This document shows positions 27,817 through 38,277 of a DNA stretch of 64,000 nt, piece after piece. The stretch is taken from positions 257,045-321,044 of the forward strand of contig CAVQIV010000026.1 of the NCBI GenBank assembly GCA_963712665.1, written 5' to 3'. Origin of the DNA: Thermoanaerobaculaceae bacterium. Its GTDB lineage: Bacteria; Acidobacteriota; Thermoanaerobaculia; Multivoradales; UBA5704. The notes under the pieces were generated by a model, which saw only the letters and a program-made list of their open reading frames with translations, made no database searches and had not been told where the DNA came from. How positions within the stretch are numbered: the stretch's first letter is position 1; each line of letters begins with the position of its first letter. Made by a program: the position numbers and the translations under genes.

Positions 27817-29500
27817 TCAGACCGCCGGACGGTTGGTCATCAACAGGAGCTTATCCTGCTCCAGGAGGATCGGGCCCGGCTCCAGCCCGAACGTCTTCAT
27901 GCTGTCGAGGTCTCTCTTCTCCAGCACCAGGTAGACGGTCTTCGGCGAGCTCCAGAGGTTGCGGAATTCCGCTCCGCTGGGGAAGCGGCGAAGGCGCTCT
28001 GCGGGCGGCAGGTGATCGATGCCCCAGCCGAGCTCGCCCCGGAACTGAGCGACGCCGATCTGCCGGTCGAGATAGACCGTCAGGCTCGGCGGATAGTAGC
28101 GGAAGGAGTAGACCTCGTCCCCCGGCCGCAGCCGCGCGTTGAGCACGCCGGCGATCTCCTTGGAGCTGCGGTAGCGGCCCACCCGGTGGCCCGCCGCCCA
28201 CATGCAGCCGATGAGCAGCGCTGCCGCGAGAGCCAGGGCCGCGAGGCCTCTCCTCCGCCAGCCGAAGACAGTCGCGCTCAATGCGGCAGCCAGGGTCGAG
28301 ATCGCGAAAGCGAGCAGAACGGGCGATACCTCCGGCGAGTACCGCGCCACCCGGCCGAGCCCCGCCCAGAGGAACGGGAGGGCCAGCACGAAAAGGACCA
28401 CGGCTCCTGTCAGGAAGCCTCCGCGCGCCCAGGCGCGGGTCCGCCCGGCTTCGTTCGCCGCCCTCTCCAAGGTCAGGGCGAAGAGCACCGCCAGGGGGAG
28501 GCAGGCCGGCAACACGTAGGGAATGAGCTTCGAGTGGGACGCCGAGAAGAAGAGGAAGACGAAGCCGGCCCAGACCGTCAGGAACACCAGCTCCGGCCGC
28601 TCCCGCCACCAGCCGCGCCGGAACAGGGTGAAGCCTGCGGGCAGCAGGCCCGACCAGGGGAGGAGCCCCAGCAGCAGCACCGGCGCGAAATACCAGAACG
28701 GCTCCTCCCGCATGGCCTCGGGGGTGGTGTAGCGCAGGAGGTGCTCGTGGACGAAATAGAACCAGAGGAACTCCGGATTGCGCCGCGCGGCCAGCACGTG
28801 CCAGGGCACGGCGATGGCCAGGAACAGCGCAACTCCTCCCACCCAGGGGACGCGCAGCAGGAGCCGCCACCGCCGGGTGAGCAGTAAGTAGAAGAAGATC
28901 ACCGCCCCGGGGATGAGGAAACCGACCAGTCCCTTGGTGAGGGTGGCGAGCGCGGCAGAGGCGAAGACGCCGTACCAGAGGAGCCGCTCCCCCCGCGCTC
29001 CCCTCTCCCGCTCCTGGGCCAGCCAGAAGCACGTCAGGGTGGCGCTCAAGAAGAAGGTGAGCGTCATGTCGATGATGTTGGAGCGGGCAAGGGCGACATA
29101 GAGCGGGGCGGTGCCGAGGAAGACGGCGGCCAGCAGACCCCCTCCCCTTCCGCCCACTGACCGGCCGAGGGCCCAGGCGAGACCCAGGCCCGCCAGCCCC
29201 AGGACGGCGCTCGCCAGCCGGACAGGCTGTCTCCGTGCGGCCGAGCACCGCCATCGCGCCTGCGTTCAGCCAGTAGTAGAGCGGCGGCTTCTCCAGATAG
29301 AGGACGCCATTGAGCCGCGGCGTCACGAAGTCGTGGCGCGCCAGCATTTCGCGCGGGATCTCGGCGTAGCGCCCCTCGTCCGGATCGAGCAGGGGGATGG
29401 ACCCCAGGCCGCCGAAGAAGAGGAGGAAGGCGCAGACGGCGAGCAGGAGCCGGGCGGGCCAGCCCAGAGAACGGGCGAAGAGGAATGGCGGCTCAGACAT
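27817..29500 (-). CDS. arnT: GT-C family 39 glycosyltransferase, ArnT-like L-Ara4N transferase; one frame break near 29190
   Basis: N-terminus MSEPPFLF...LDPDEGRYAEIPREMLARHDFVTPRLNGVLYLEKPPLYYW is in ORF 27851..29620; the remainder is in ORF 27817..29157. It is the first arn gene in the co-directional string that runs from the MSOX-like gene to the FAD oxidoreductase. Confidence 0.8.
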
Positions 29501-30638
29501 GGACTCGCGCGCGAAGACTCGGCCGAGCCAACGCAAACGGAAGAATGTCGTGTGTCGTTTTCCCATCGAGAGCGAGCTGCGCCATGATTTCACCCACGAC
29601 GCTGCAGAACTTGAAGCCATGGCCCGAGAATCCAGCCGCGATGGCGACCTGTCGATGGGCAGGATGCAGGTCTAGGATGAAATGAGCATCGGGGGTGTTC
29701 GTGAAGATACAGGTCTTCATTGCCATCGTCGGGCCGTCGGCATCGGGGAAGTACTTTCTGATGCCTTTCCGCAGGGCTTTTTCGTCCGCGGGATGGCAGT
29801 CCCGATCCATCTGATCAGGGTCGATGCGCTGCCGCCGATGGTAGTACTTGCCCATTTTGAATCCGGGCACTGAATAGACCGGGAAACCGTAGAATTTTCC
29901 CTCCGGCGCCTCCAGGTTGAAGATGGGGAAAGCTCCCAACGCGAAGTGCTCCGGATGCCGCAGGGGCTGCGTCCAGAGGAGCACCTGCCGCTGGGGGACC
30001 GCGACGGGCTTCAGGGCTGGGATCACAGACGCCGCCCAAGGACCTGCCGTAACGATCAGTTTTCGGGCCCGGTAGGTCCGCTTTTCGGTGGCGACCGACA
30101 CCGCGCCGTGCGCGACCTCCCAGTGCACGACACGTTCTCGCCCGTGGACTTCGGCGCCTGATTCCTGGGCAGCTTGCACATAGGCGACGATGCATCGTTC
30201 CGGCAAAAGAAAACCGGACTCCGGCTGAAAGACGCCGACCATCTCTTCCCCCAGGTGATAGGCGGGGAAGCGCTCGTTCACCGCGCGATGATTCAACACC
30301 TCATGCGGCAACTGGTGGATCGCGCAGGATTCCAGGACGCCTCGGACGGTTTCACTGTCCTTGGCGCCGGCATCGAAGCCGCCCGTGATGATCAGCAGGC
30401 GCTCGCCCGTGCGGTCCTCCAACTCGCGCCAGAGCTCGTAGGCCCGCCGCATCAAGGGCACGTAGTGCGGCCCCTCGGCATACCCCAGACGGATGATCCG
30501 GCTGACCCCGTGGGACGAGCCCAATTCGTGCGGGATGTCGAACTGCTCCAAGCCCAGCACGGAAGCGTTGCGGCGCGCGAGGTGATACACCGCCGCACTG
30601 CCCATTCCGCCAACGCCGATGACGATGACGTCATACAT
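29493..30638 (-). CDS. monomeric sarcosine oxidase / N-methyl-L-tryptophan oxidase family flavoprotein
   Basis: ATG 30638 in ORF 29493..30812. MYDVIVIGVGGMGSAAVYHLARR...GFSGHGFKF. Overlaps the arnT start by 8 nt. Confidence 0.85.
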   Translation of the reverse strand: MYDVIVIGVGGMGSAAVYHLARRNASVLGLEQFDIPHELGSSHGVSRIIRLGYAEGPHYVPLMRRAYELWRELEDRTGERLLIITGGFDAGAKDSETVRGVLESCAIHQLPHEVLNHRAVNERFPAYHLGEEMVGVFQPESGFLLPERCIVAYVQAAQESGAEVHGRERVVHWEVAHGAVSVATEKRTYRARKLIVTAGPWAASVIPALKPVAVPQRQVLLWTQPLRHPEHFALGAFPIFNLEAPEGKFYGFPVYSVPGFKMGKYYHRRQRIDPDQMDRDCHPADEKALRKGIRKYFPDADGPTMAMKTCIFTNTPDAHFILDLHPAHRQVAIAAGFSGHGFKFCSVVGEIMAQLALDGKTTHDILPFALARPSLRARVHV

Positions 30639-30642
30639 GGCG

Positions 30643-32055
30643 CTAGCGGTGACGCTCGACCACCTGGGCGCGGAGGCGCTGGAACTCTTCGTCCTGGCGG
30701 AAATCGGCGAAGGCGCCCCGGTCCAGCGTGGAGGGATCGGAGAGCCCTTTGTCCACGGCGGTGTGCAGGGACTCCAGGGCTTTCTTGCGTCCGGCCTTCC
30801 CCTTGCGGGCATAGACCGACGCGATCTCCGCCCACACGCCTGGATTGTCGGGGACGATCTCGGTACCGAGGGTGAGCACGAAGGCGGCGCGGTCGTATTC
30901 TTTCTTTTCGAGGTACGACTGCGGCAGGTAGAACGTCATCTGCCCCAGGTAGGTGTTGAGGATCCGCTTGGCGGCGAGGCTCTCCTCGAGATCGCCGGAC
31001 GCGGCGCGCTTCTTGAGCTCCGGGATCTTGAGCTCGGCCGCGATCTGCGCCACGGTCACCGGCTCATTGCCCGGATTGTCGAGCGCCAGGATCCCCGGGG
31101 CTCGCGCAAGGATCTCCTTGTCGCGGCGGTCCCGCTCCGCGCGCTCGCGCAGCTCCTGCTGGCACGCCGGCGAGGCGGCGAGGGCCGCGGCCTCGCGCTC
31201 GGCCTCGGCGACGTCGTGCAGTCCAACATAGTCGAAGGCCATCGCGGACCAGGTGTGGAGAGCGTCCGCGGGATGGGCAGCCGCGCGCGCCCGGGCCCGG
31301 TCACGAGCCCATTCCGCCTCGATGAGCGCGGGATTCTTCTCCTTCTTCCCGCTCTTCATCGCCTGCAGCTCCATCCAGCCGACCGCCTGGGTGAGGAGAT
31401 CGGCCGGCGGCCAGTCGTGGGGACCGGAGAAATGCTCGATGCGGTGCGGGAGGCCGAGGGCTTTCATGGCCTTGTCGAGGTCGTTCATCTCGTAGTAATT
31501 GAAGTCGCGGTCGCCGACCGTGCCGAAGAAGGCGAATGGATTGTCCTTCTTCGGCGGCGATCCGAAGGGGAAGCCGGCGCCGGCGCCGATGACGCCGGCG
31601 ATCGTCCCGGGCGCGGTCAAGGCCAGGATGCAGGCGAAGCGCACCGTGCCGGAGTGGCCCGCGGCATAGACGCGGGAGTCGTCGATGGCGAAGCGGGCAT
31701 GGGTGTCGGCCCACAGCGCGTGCAGGGCGGTGAAGTTGGGCTCCATGGGCCCGTCGCTCGCCGTGTTCCACGAGCTGACCACGATCCAGCCATAGGTCTC
31801 GGCCGCGGTCTGAAAGAGCTCGGCCACCCGCCGGCCGTCTTTGCTGGCGTCGAAGGCATAGAGGATGGGCCAGCGGCGCTCCGGCGTGTAGGTGGAGGGG
31901 AGATAGAGGGCATAGGACTGATCCGGCTGGCCAATGCAGGGAGCTCTCTCGACCAGCACCCCCCGAGGCAGCTCGGCAGGCCGGGCTGGTGGAGCGGGCT
32001 CCGCCGCGAGACCCAAGGCCGTGAAGGCGAGCCCGCTTGCCAGAGCGAGGAGCAT
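30643..32055 (-). CDS. secreted alpha/beta-hydrolase-fold esterase-like protein with helical (TPR-like) C-terminal half
   Basis: ORF 30643..32055. Signal peptide; YALYLPSTY...PILYAFD...YAAGHSGT nucleophile-elbow-like motif. Confidence 0.6.
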   Translation of the reverse strand: MLLALASGLAFTALGLAAEPAPPARPAELPRGVLVERAPCIGQPDQSYALYLPSTYTPERRWPILYAFDASKDGRRVAELFQTAAETYGWIVVSSWNTASDGPMEPNFTALHALWADTHARFAIDDSRVYAAGHSGTVRFACILALTAPGTIAGVIGAGAGFPFGSPPKKDNPFAFFGTVGDRDFNYYEMNDLDKAMKALGLPHRIEHFSGPHDWPPADLLTQAVGWMELQAMKSGKKEKNPALIEAEWARDRARARAAAHPADALHTWSAMAFDYVGLHDVAEAEREAAALAASPACQQELRERAERDRRDKEILARAPGILALDNPGNEPVTVAQIAAELKIPELKKRAASGDLEESLAAKRILNTYLGQMTFYLPQSYLEKKEYDRAAFVLTLGTEIVPDNPGVWAEIASVYARKGKAGRKKALESLHTAVDKGLSDPSTLDRGAFADFRQDEEFQRLRAQVVERHR

Positions 32056-32063
32056 ACCGGGAC

Positions 32064-32687
32064 CTACTCGCCGGCGGGGTAAGTGGCGGAGCCGCTCAGG
32101 AGGTCGGTCAGCGAGCGGCGGCCGGAGAGGAGGCTGGGCAGGCCCAGCAGGGCGGCGGTGAGGAGATTTCCCAGCCAGCGGCGGGCAGCCTGATCGAAGG
32201 TCAGGGGCTCGCCGTCGCGGTTGCGGGAGGAGATCCCTGCCCAGGCCATCCCTAAGGTCTGGCCCCAGAAGGCCAGGGGCAGCACGATGTAGAGGAAGGA
32301 GAAGGAGGCCAGGAAGAGGGCCAGCGCCGGCCAGTCCCGGATGGGGTCCGGCTTGACGCCCATCCAGCGGGTGCCGAGGAGGACTCCCACCAGCACGGCG
32401 GCGTGCACCATCAGGTCCGCCAGCCCGGAGCCCAGGCGCGAGCCGCGGCGCGCGAATTCATGGGTGGGAGAGGCCTCCAGCTCATTCACCTCATGGGTCG
32501 GCTCGGGATCGGGCACCGCCACCGGTCCGCTCCGCGTGGCCAGGGGAAGCTCGGCGGGGCGCGCCTCACGGCGGGGCCGCTCCGGCTTCTTGCGCAGGGT
32601 CGGCTCGGGTGCCCGCTCGGGACCGCTCAAGGGGAGGTCGAAGAGCAGGGGCTCGTCCGGCTCGTTCGGTTGGTCCGGTCGTCGCAT
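32064..32687 (-). CDS. RDD-family membrane protein
   Basis: ATG 32687 overlaps the upstream stop (TGATG) in ORF 32064..32960. C-terminal RDD-type TM domain (LADLMVHAAVLVG...GQTLGMAWAGISSRNRDGEPLTF). Confidence 0.75.
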   Translation of the reverse strand: MRRPDQPNEPDEPLLFDLPLSGPERAPEPTLRKKPERPRREARPAELPLATRSGPVAVPDPEPTHEVNELEASPTHEFARRGSRLGSGLADLMVHAAVLVGVLLGTRWMGVKPDPIRDWPALALFLASFSFLYIVLPLAFWGQTLGMAWAGISSRNRDGEPLTFDQAARRWLGNLLTAALLGLPSLLSGRRSLTDLLSGSATYPAGE

Positions 32688-34747
32688 CAGCGGAACGGCA
32701 GGTATTTCACGTAGATCCGGTAGAGGAGGTCCTTGGGCCGGTCCTGGTACGCCTGGGCGAACTGCAGGTGGCGGCGGACGGGCGGATCGTCCTGGAGCTC
32801 CAGGGCCTGTTGGAGCTTCTTCACCGCCTCCGTCGTGTCGTTGCGCTGCAGGTCGAGCACCGCCAGATTGTAATAGGAATCGACCAGGAGCTGGGTGACG
32901 TCGCGGTTGGCGGGGTCGGCCTCGTGCTGCGTCCACATGTCCTGCACCACGAATGCCCACTCGTGCTGGCGGAAGAGGTCGACGTCCTTGGCCAGCGGCT
33001 CCAGCTTCTGCTTGACGTCGGCCAGGAGCTGGGCGTCGTCGCCGTCGAGCTTGGCGATGGCACCCGCCTGCTCCAGCCGGCTGAGGGCCTTCAAATAGGT
33101 CCGCTCCGCGTGGGCCTGGCGGGCCAGGGAGAGGAGCTCGGCCCGCCGCGCGTCGCCCACGCCCGCGGCCGGGGCCGTTCCGGGTGCCGCTCCCGGAGTC
33201 GCGGCCACGGCCGGGCTACCCTCGGCGGCCGGCGGGGCCCCGCCGCTCCACTCGGCGATCAGCTTCTGGGCTTCGCTGTAGTGGGGGTCGGTGGGCGGGA
33301 TGCGGCGGAGCTGGTTGAGGGCGATGGCAGTCCTGCCCCCTTTGTGCAGCCGCTGGGCGCGGGCAATAGGGTCCTGGGAGGGGGTGGGGGCGGCCGTCTC
33401 ATCCGGCTGGGAGTTGGGGAACATCTGGTCCCGGTTCTGGAGGTAGTACCAGACACCTACGATCACCAGGAGCAGCACGGCGCCGCCCACCAGAAGGAAG
33501 AGGCGGCGGGCGCGGCGCGGATCGCGGCGGGTGGCCGGCTTGCGGGCCGGTCGCCGCTCGGGCTTGACGTCTTCCAGAGGCTCGGGGGGGACCAGGATCT
33601 CTTCCTGGAGATCGTGACCGCCGATGTCCGGGAGCGGGGTGAGAGGCAGCGTGGGCTCGGACGTGGGAGCGGCGGCCGGCTTCGGGCGCGGCACGCTCCC
33701 GGCATCGAGCTGCTGCAGGTATTCGCGCGCCGCGAAGTATCCCGGCTGGATCTCCAGCACCCGTTCGAAGGCCTGGCGGGCTGCCGCCGTGTCGCCGGCC
33801 TCCAGACGGGACAGGCCGTCGTGGAAGATCTCCTCCACCTGGCGCTCGCTCTCGGCCTTGAGCTTGCGGGCCGCCTCGATGCGCCGCGAGGCCTCCTGGT
33901 GGTCGATGTCGATGAGGAAGATGCGGGACCAGGCGTCGATGGCTCCCTGGGGATCGCCGGCGTCATACGCGGCCTGCCCCTCGCCGAGGAGCTCGCGGAT
34001 GCGCCGGTCGCTCTCGGAATCGCCGCCGCCGGAGGCGAGGCTCGCGGGCATCGCCGAGGAGAGGAGGGGGGGAGGGATCTCGATCGCCGGTGCCGGGCCG
34101 GTCGCCGTCCAGTTCGCTACGGGACTCGTGCTGCGCTCCCGCTCCAACTCGGCGATGCCCGGATGGGTGGGGTCGAGCGAGCGGGCCTTGTCGAGCAGGC
34201 GGCTCACCTCGTCGGTCTGGCCGGCCTGGAGGGCCTGCCGGGCCGAGCCCAGGAACTTGAGGACGTACGGCTCCGCTTCCATCTTCTCCTGGGCGGCGGC
34301 GAGGATGCGCTGGAGCTCCGGATCGTCGGCGATGGCGGCCTGCGCGCCCTGGGCCCGGGTCATCAGCTCCTGGAACCGGCGCTGGTCGGCGAGCTCCTGG
34401 AGCTCGGCGCGCAGGGAGATGTCCATGCCCGGCAGCCCCGGGAGGTTCCCCGGGAGCAGGTCGGGAAGGTCGAGGCTCAGGTTGTCCAGGTCGGCGAAGG
34501 GGTCGAGGGCCGGCGAGGCGCCTCCGGGCATCAGGTCGTGGACGTCGACCGGACCGGCGCTCGCCCGCAGCCGCTCCTGGAGCACGTGGGCGGGCTCGAA
34601 CTGCGGGTCCATGCGCAGCACGAAGTCGCAGCCCAGCAGCGCCTCCTGGCGGTTGCCGTCACGCGCCAACTCGAGCGTCTGCTCGAACGTGCTGAGGAGA
34701 CGCTGTTTGACTTCGGGGGACAGGGAGGGGTTCCCAGTGTAGTTCAT
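32687..34747 (-). CDS. TPR-repeat protein with a central TM helix
   Basis: ORF 32687..34747 (686 aa). Repeated TPR-like helices; TM LFLLVGGAVLLLVIVGVWYYL. Confidence 0.75.
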   Translation of the reverse strand: MNYTGNPSLSPEVKQRLLSTFEQTLELARDGNRQEALLGCDFVLRMDPQFEPAHVLQERLRASAGPVDVHDLMPGGASPALDPFADLDNLSLDLPDLLPGNLPGLPGMDISLRAELQELADQRRFQELMTRAQGAQAAIADDPELQRILAAAQEKMEAEPYVLKFLGSARQALQAGQTDEVSRLLDKARSLDPTHPGIAELERERSTSPVANWTATGPAPAIEIPPPLLSSAMPASLASGGGDSESDRRIRELLGEGQAAYDAGDPQGAIDAWSRIFLIDIDHQEASRRIEAARKLKAESERQVEEIFHDGLSRLEAGDTAAARQAFERVLEIQPGYFAAREYLQQLDAGSVPRPKPAAAPTSEPTLPLTPLPDIGGHDLQEEILVPPEPLEDVKPERRPARKPATRRDPRRARRLFLLVGGAVLLLVIVGVWYYLQNRDQMFPNSQPDETAAPTPSQDPIARAQRLHKGGRTAIALNQLRRIPPTDPHYSEAQKLIAEWSGGAPPAAEGSPAVAATPGAAPGTAPAAGVGDARRAELLSLARQAHAERTYLKALSRLEQAGAIAKLDGDDAQLLADVKQKLEPLAKDVDLFRQHEWAFVVQDMWTQHEADPANRDVTQLLVDSYYNLAVLDLQRNDTTEAVKKLQQALELQDDPPVRRHLQFAQAYQDRPKDLLYRIYVKYLPFR

Positions 34748-34845
34748 CAGCGGCGCAGGTTTCTGCTGTTTTTGAAGGCCGGGCGTATCCTAGCAGAGGA
34801 TCTCTCCGGCGTCCAACCTTCGGCAGTTGCTATACATTTCCACCT

Positions 34846-35742
34846 GTGCCGCCGCTCGAATGCGTCCCCAACTTCAGCGAGGGCCGACGCCCGGAGGTGG
34901 TGGCGCGGCTGGCCGCCGCGGCCTCGTCGCCGCCGGGGGTGCGGCTGCTCGACGTCTCGTCCGATCCCGACCACAACCGTTCGGTGCTGACCTTGGCCGG
35001 CGAGGCCGAAGGATTGATCCAGGGGCTCCTGGCCCTCTACGAGGTGGCGCTCGCCGAGATCGACCTGACGCGCCACCAGGGGGTCCACCCCCGGGTGGGA
35101 GCCGTGGACGTGGTGCCTTTCGTCCCCCTGGGGGATACGCCCATGGCCGCGGCCGTCGGGGCGGCCGAGCGGCTCGGCGCCGAGGTGGCGCGACGCTTCG
35201 ACCTGCCCGTCTACCTCTATGAGCGCGCGGCGCGCCTCCCGGAGAGGGCGGCGCTCGCCACGATCCGCCGCGGCCAGTTCGAGGGCTTCGCCGCAAAGCT
35301 CCAGGACCCCTCGTGGGCTCCGGACTTCGGGCCGGCGCGGGTCCACCCCACGGCGGGCGTCACGGTCGTCGGCGCTCGGTTCTTCCTCATTGCTTTCAAC
35401 GCCGTGCTCGACACGCCGGACGTGGCCGTGGCCCGCGCCGTGGCCCGCCGGGTCCGGGAATCGGGGGGCGGGCTGCCGGCGGTGCGGGCGATGGGGGTCT
35501 ATCTCGCGAGCCGGGACCGCGCCCAGGTGAGCATGAACCTGGTGGATTTCCGCTGCACCCCCGTCCTCCTCGCCCTGGAGCGGGTGCGGGAGGAGGCCGC
35601 GGCTCTGGGAGCGCGGGTGGTGGAGTCGGAGCTGATCGGTCTCATGCCGGAGGAGGCGGCCCTGGGGGTCGCCCGCGATGCCCTGCTGCTCCCGGGCTTC
35701 CCCGCTCTCATCGAGGATCGTCTGGGGGGGCGGATTCCCTGA
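34846..35742 (+). CDS. ftcD: glutamate formimidoyltransferase
   Basis: ORF 34846..35742. N-terminus LECVPNFSEGRR...DPDHNRSV is typical of FTCD_N. Confidence 0.9.
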   Translation: MPPLECVPNFSEGRRPEVVARLAAAASSPPGVRLLDVSSDPDHNRSVLTLAGEAEGLIQGLLALYEVALAEIDLTRHQGVHPRVGAVDVVPFVPLGDTPMAAAVGAAERLGAEVARRFDLPVYLYERAARLPERAALATIRRGQFEGFAAKLQDPSWAPDFGPARVHPTAGVTVVGARFFLIAFNAVLDTPDVAVARAVARRVRESGGGLPAVRAMGVYLASRDRAQVSMNLVDFRCTPVLLALERVREEAAALGARVVESELIGLMPEEAALGVARDALLLPGFPALIEDRLGGRIP

Positions 35743-37160
35743 GCGCCGCCAGCACGCGGTGGGGCATGCCGTCGAACGAGCCGGACGACATGGTCACCAC
35801 CACGCTCCCCTCCCGCGCCTCCTCCAGGCTCCGGCGCAGCACGGCGTCGTTGTCGGCGCAGACCTCGGAGGGGACGCCGGCCGCCGACAGCTCCGCGGCC
35901 AGGGTCCGTGAAGTCCAGCCGCTCCTCGGGCGCCAAGCGGCCGTTGTGGAAGATGGGAGCGAAGAGCACGCGGTCGGCGCCGGCGAAGGCCTCGCGGTAG
36001 GGCGCGAAGAAGAAGCCGCGGCCGGCGGTCAAGCTCCGGGGCTCGAAGAGGGTCACCAGGCGCCGGCCAGGGTAGCGCTGGCGCAGAGCCGCGAGCGTCT
36101 TCTCCACGGCCGTGGGGTGATGGGCGAAGTCGTCGACCACGATCACCCCCCGGGCCGTACCCAGCTCTTCGAGGCGGCGCTTGACGCCGTGGAAGTTGCC
36201 CAGGGCCGCCGCCACGTCCGCGGCGGGAATCCCGTCGCGGCGGGCCGCGGCCCAGACGGCGAGGCAGTTCGCCACGTTGTGGTCGCCGGCGAGGGGGAGG
36301 GTGATCTCGACCTCCTCGCCTGACTCGACGTCACGGACCCGGAAGCGGCTCCCCTCCGGCAGAGCTTCGATCTCCCCGAGCGGGTGGAGGTCGTTGCCCG
36401 GCTCCAGGCCATAGAAGATCGTGCGGCAGCGGGCCCCGGCCGCGAGCTCCCGCACCTTGGGGCTGTCCCCACAGGCGACCAGCAGGCCGTCTGCGGGCAG
36501 CAGGGCGAGGAGGCAGGCGTAGGCCTCCCACAGGGCCTCGGGCGTGGGGTAGAGGTCGGCGTGGTCGTACTCGGCGCTCGTGAGCAGCAGGGTCTCGGGC
36601 CGGTAGTGGAGGAACTTGGCGCCGCGATCGAAGTAGGCGGCGTTGTACTCGTCCCCCTCGACGATGAAGCGGTCCCCCTCGCCGTCGCGGAAGCTCGCGG
36701 GCAGGTCGCGGGGAGCGCCACCGATCAGGTAGCCCGGGTCCCGGCCGCAGGCCGTCCACACCCAGGCCGCAATGGCCGTGGTGGTGGTCTTGCCGTGGGT
36801 GCCGGACACCACCAGCGAGCGGTGGTGCGCGAGGAAGAAGCGGGCCAGGGCCTGCGGCATGGAGAGGATGGGCAGGTCTAGCCGCTCGGCCTCGACCGCC
36901 TCCGGGTTGTTGCGGTGGATGGCGTTGCCGATGATTACCAGATCAGGCCGGACCAGGTCGGGACGAGGCTCGAGATGCGCGGGGTCGTACCCGGCCAGCG
37001 GATGGATCCCTGCCCGCTCGAGCAGCGTGCTCATGGGAGGATAGAGGGGACCGTCGGTGCCTCGCACGCTATGGCCCTGCTCTTGCAGAAGGCACGCGAG
37101 CGGTGCCATCCCCGTGCCTCCGATCGCCAGGCAGTAGATGTTGAGTTTCGTTGACGTCAC
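35708..37160 (-). CDS. mpl: UDP-N-acetylmuramate:L-alanyl-gamma-D-glutamyl-meso-DAP ligase; one frame break near 35905
   Basis: GTG 37160 in ORF 35499..37511. IGGTGMAPLA...VSGTHGKTTTT...EGDEYN...DDFAHHP. The C-terminus (LAAELSAAGVPSEV...SGSFDGM) is in another frame and stops at 35708, overlapping the ftcD 3' end. Confidence 0.85.
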
Positions 37161-37238
37161 CGTGGGAATTTCTCGTTTTCGGGCCGGGAGTGTAGCATTT
37201 CTGGAGCTTTCATCCACCTCGAAGAAGGAGCAGGCCGT

Positions 37239-38255
37239 ATGCAACGACACATGAAGACCGTCATTCTGGCACTCTGCGCCGCCTTTTTGGTCGCGGCCGT
37301 CCTCTCTGCGGACGGCAAGCCCAAGGCGGTCGCGGCCGAGCCGATCAAGGACATGGGCACCGTGGCCAAGGGGGACAAGGTCGCGGCCGACTTCGAGATC
37401 CGCAACGAGGGCGACGCCGTCCTCGAGATCTCGAACGTGCAGCCCGCCTGCGGCTGCACGGTGGCCGACTTCGACAAGACCGTCGCTCCGGGCAAGACGG
37501 GCAAGGTGCACGCGGTGGTGGACACCGCATCGTTCAACGGCCCGATCACCAAGGGCGTCACCGTCTTCACCAACGATCCGGCCAATCCGCAGATCGAGCT
37601 GACGCTGCGGGCCAAAGTGGAGCCCTACATCTCCATCAAGCCGGGCTACGCCCGCTACATCACCGTCCAGGGCGAGTCCAAGGAGGGCAACATCGTCCAG
37701 ACCCTGTGGAGCCCGGACGGCACCCCCATGGCGATCACCTCGGTCGACTCCCCCTATCCCTATCTCAAGGTCTCATTCCGCGAGGCCCTGCCGATGGAGA
37801 GCATCCCCGAGGCCAAGGGCAACAAGCAGTGGCGGGTCGAGATGAAGCTCGCGAACGACGCCAAGGTCGGTCCGCTGGCGGATTACGTCACCATCCACAC
37901 CACCCATCCGAAGCAGAAGCTGGTGCAGGTCCCCGTCTCCGGCTTCGTGCGGCCGGTGATGGCGGTCACCCCGCCGGTCGGCGATTTCGGCCAGATCGAG
38001 CTCAAGGAGCCGCTCAGGAAGTCTCTCTCCGTCAAGAACTTCGCTACCGAGCCGATCAAGCTCACCAGCGTCGACTCCAGCTTGAAGGGGGTCGAGGCCA
38101 AGGTCGAGCCGCTGGAGGAGGGGCGGGAGTACTCCATCCGCCTCACCTTGAGCCCCGAGCTCGGCAAGGGCCCGTTCGCCGGCAAGCTGACCCTCCACAC
38201 CGACAGCCCCAAGATGCCGCAGCTCGAGGTGGAGCTCAAGGGAATCATCCTCTAG
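37239..38255 (+). CDS. DUF1573 domain-containing secreted protein
   Basis: ORF 37239..38255. FEIRNEGDAVLEISNVQPACGCTVADFDKTVAPGKTGKV is the DUF1573 signature; signal peptide present. Confidence 0.8.
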   Translation: MQRHMKTVILALCAAFLVAAVLSADGKPKAVAAEPIKDMGTVAKGDKVAADFEIRNEGDAVLEISNVQPACGCTVADFDKTVAPGKTGKVHAVVDTASFNGPITKGVTVFTNDPANPQIELTLRAKVEPYISIKPGYARYITVQGESKEGNIVQTLWSPDGTPMAITSVDSPYPYLKVSFREALPMESIPEAKGNKQWRVEMKLANDAKVGPLADYVTIHTTHPKQKLVQVPVSGFVRPVMAVTPPVGDFGQIELKEPLRKSLSVKNFATEPIKLTSVDSSLKGVEAKVEPLEEGREYSIRLTLSPELGKGPFAGKLTLHTDSPKMPQLEVELKGIIL

Positions 38256-38277
38256 AGCCGGATCGCCCTTTCGTTCG

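Noticed and set aside
36930-36975. Tandem RPDLV-RPDLV duplication inside mpl
   Set aside because: An imperfect 15-bp in-frame repeat in a loop region. It is ordinary slippage with no further structure.
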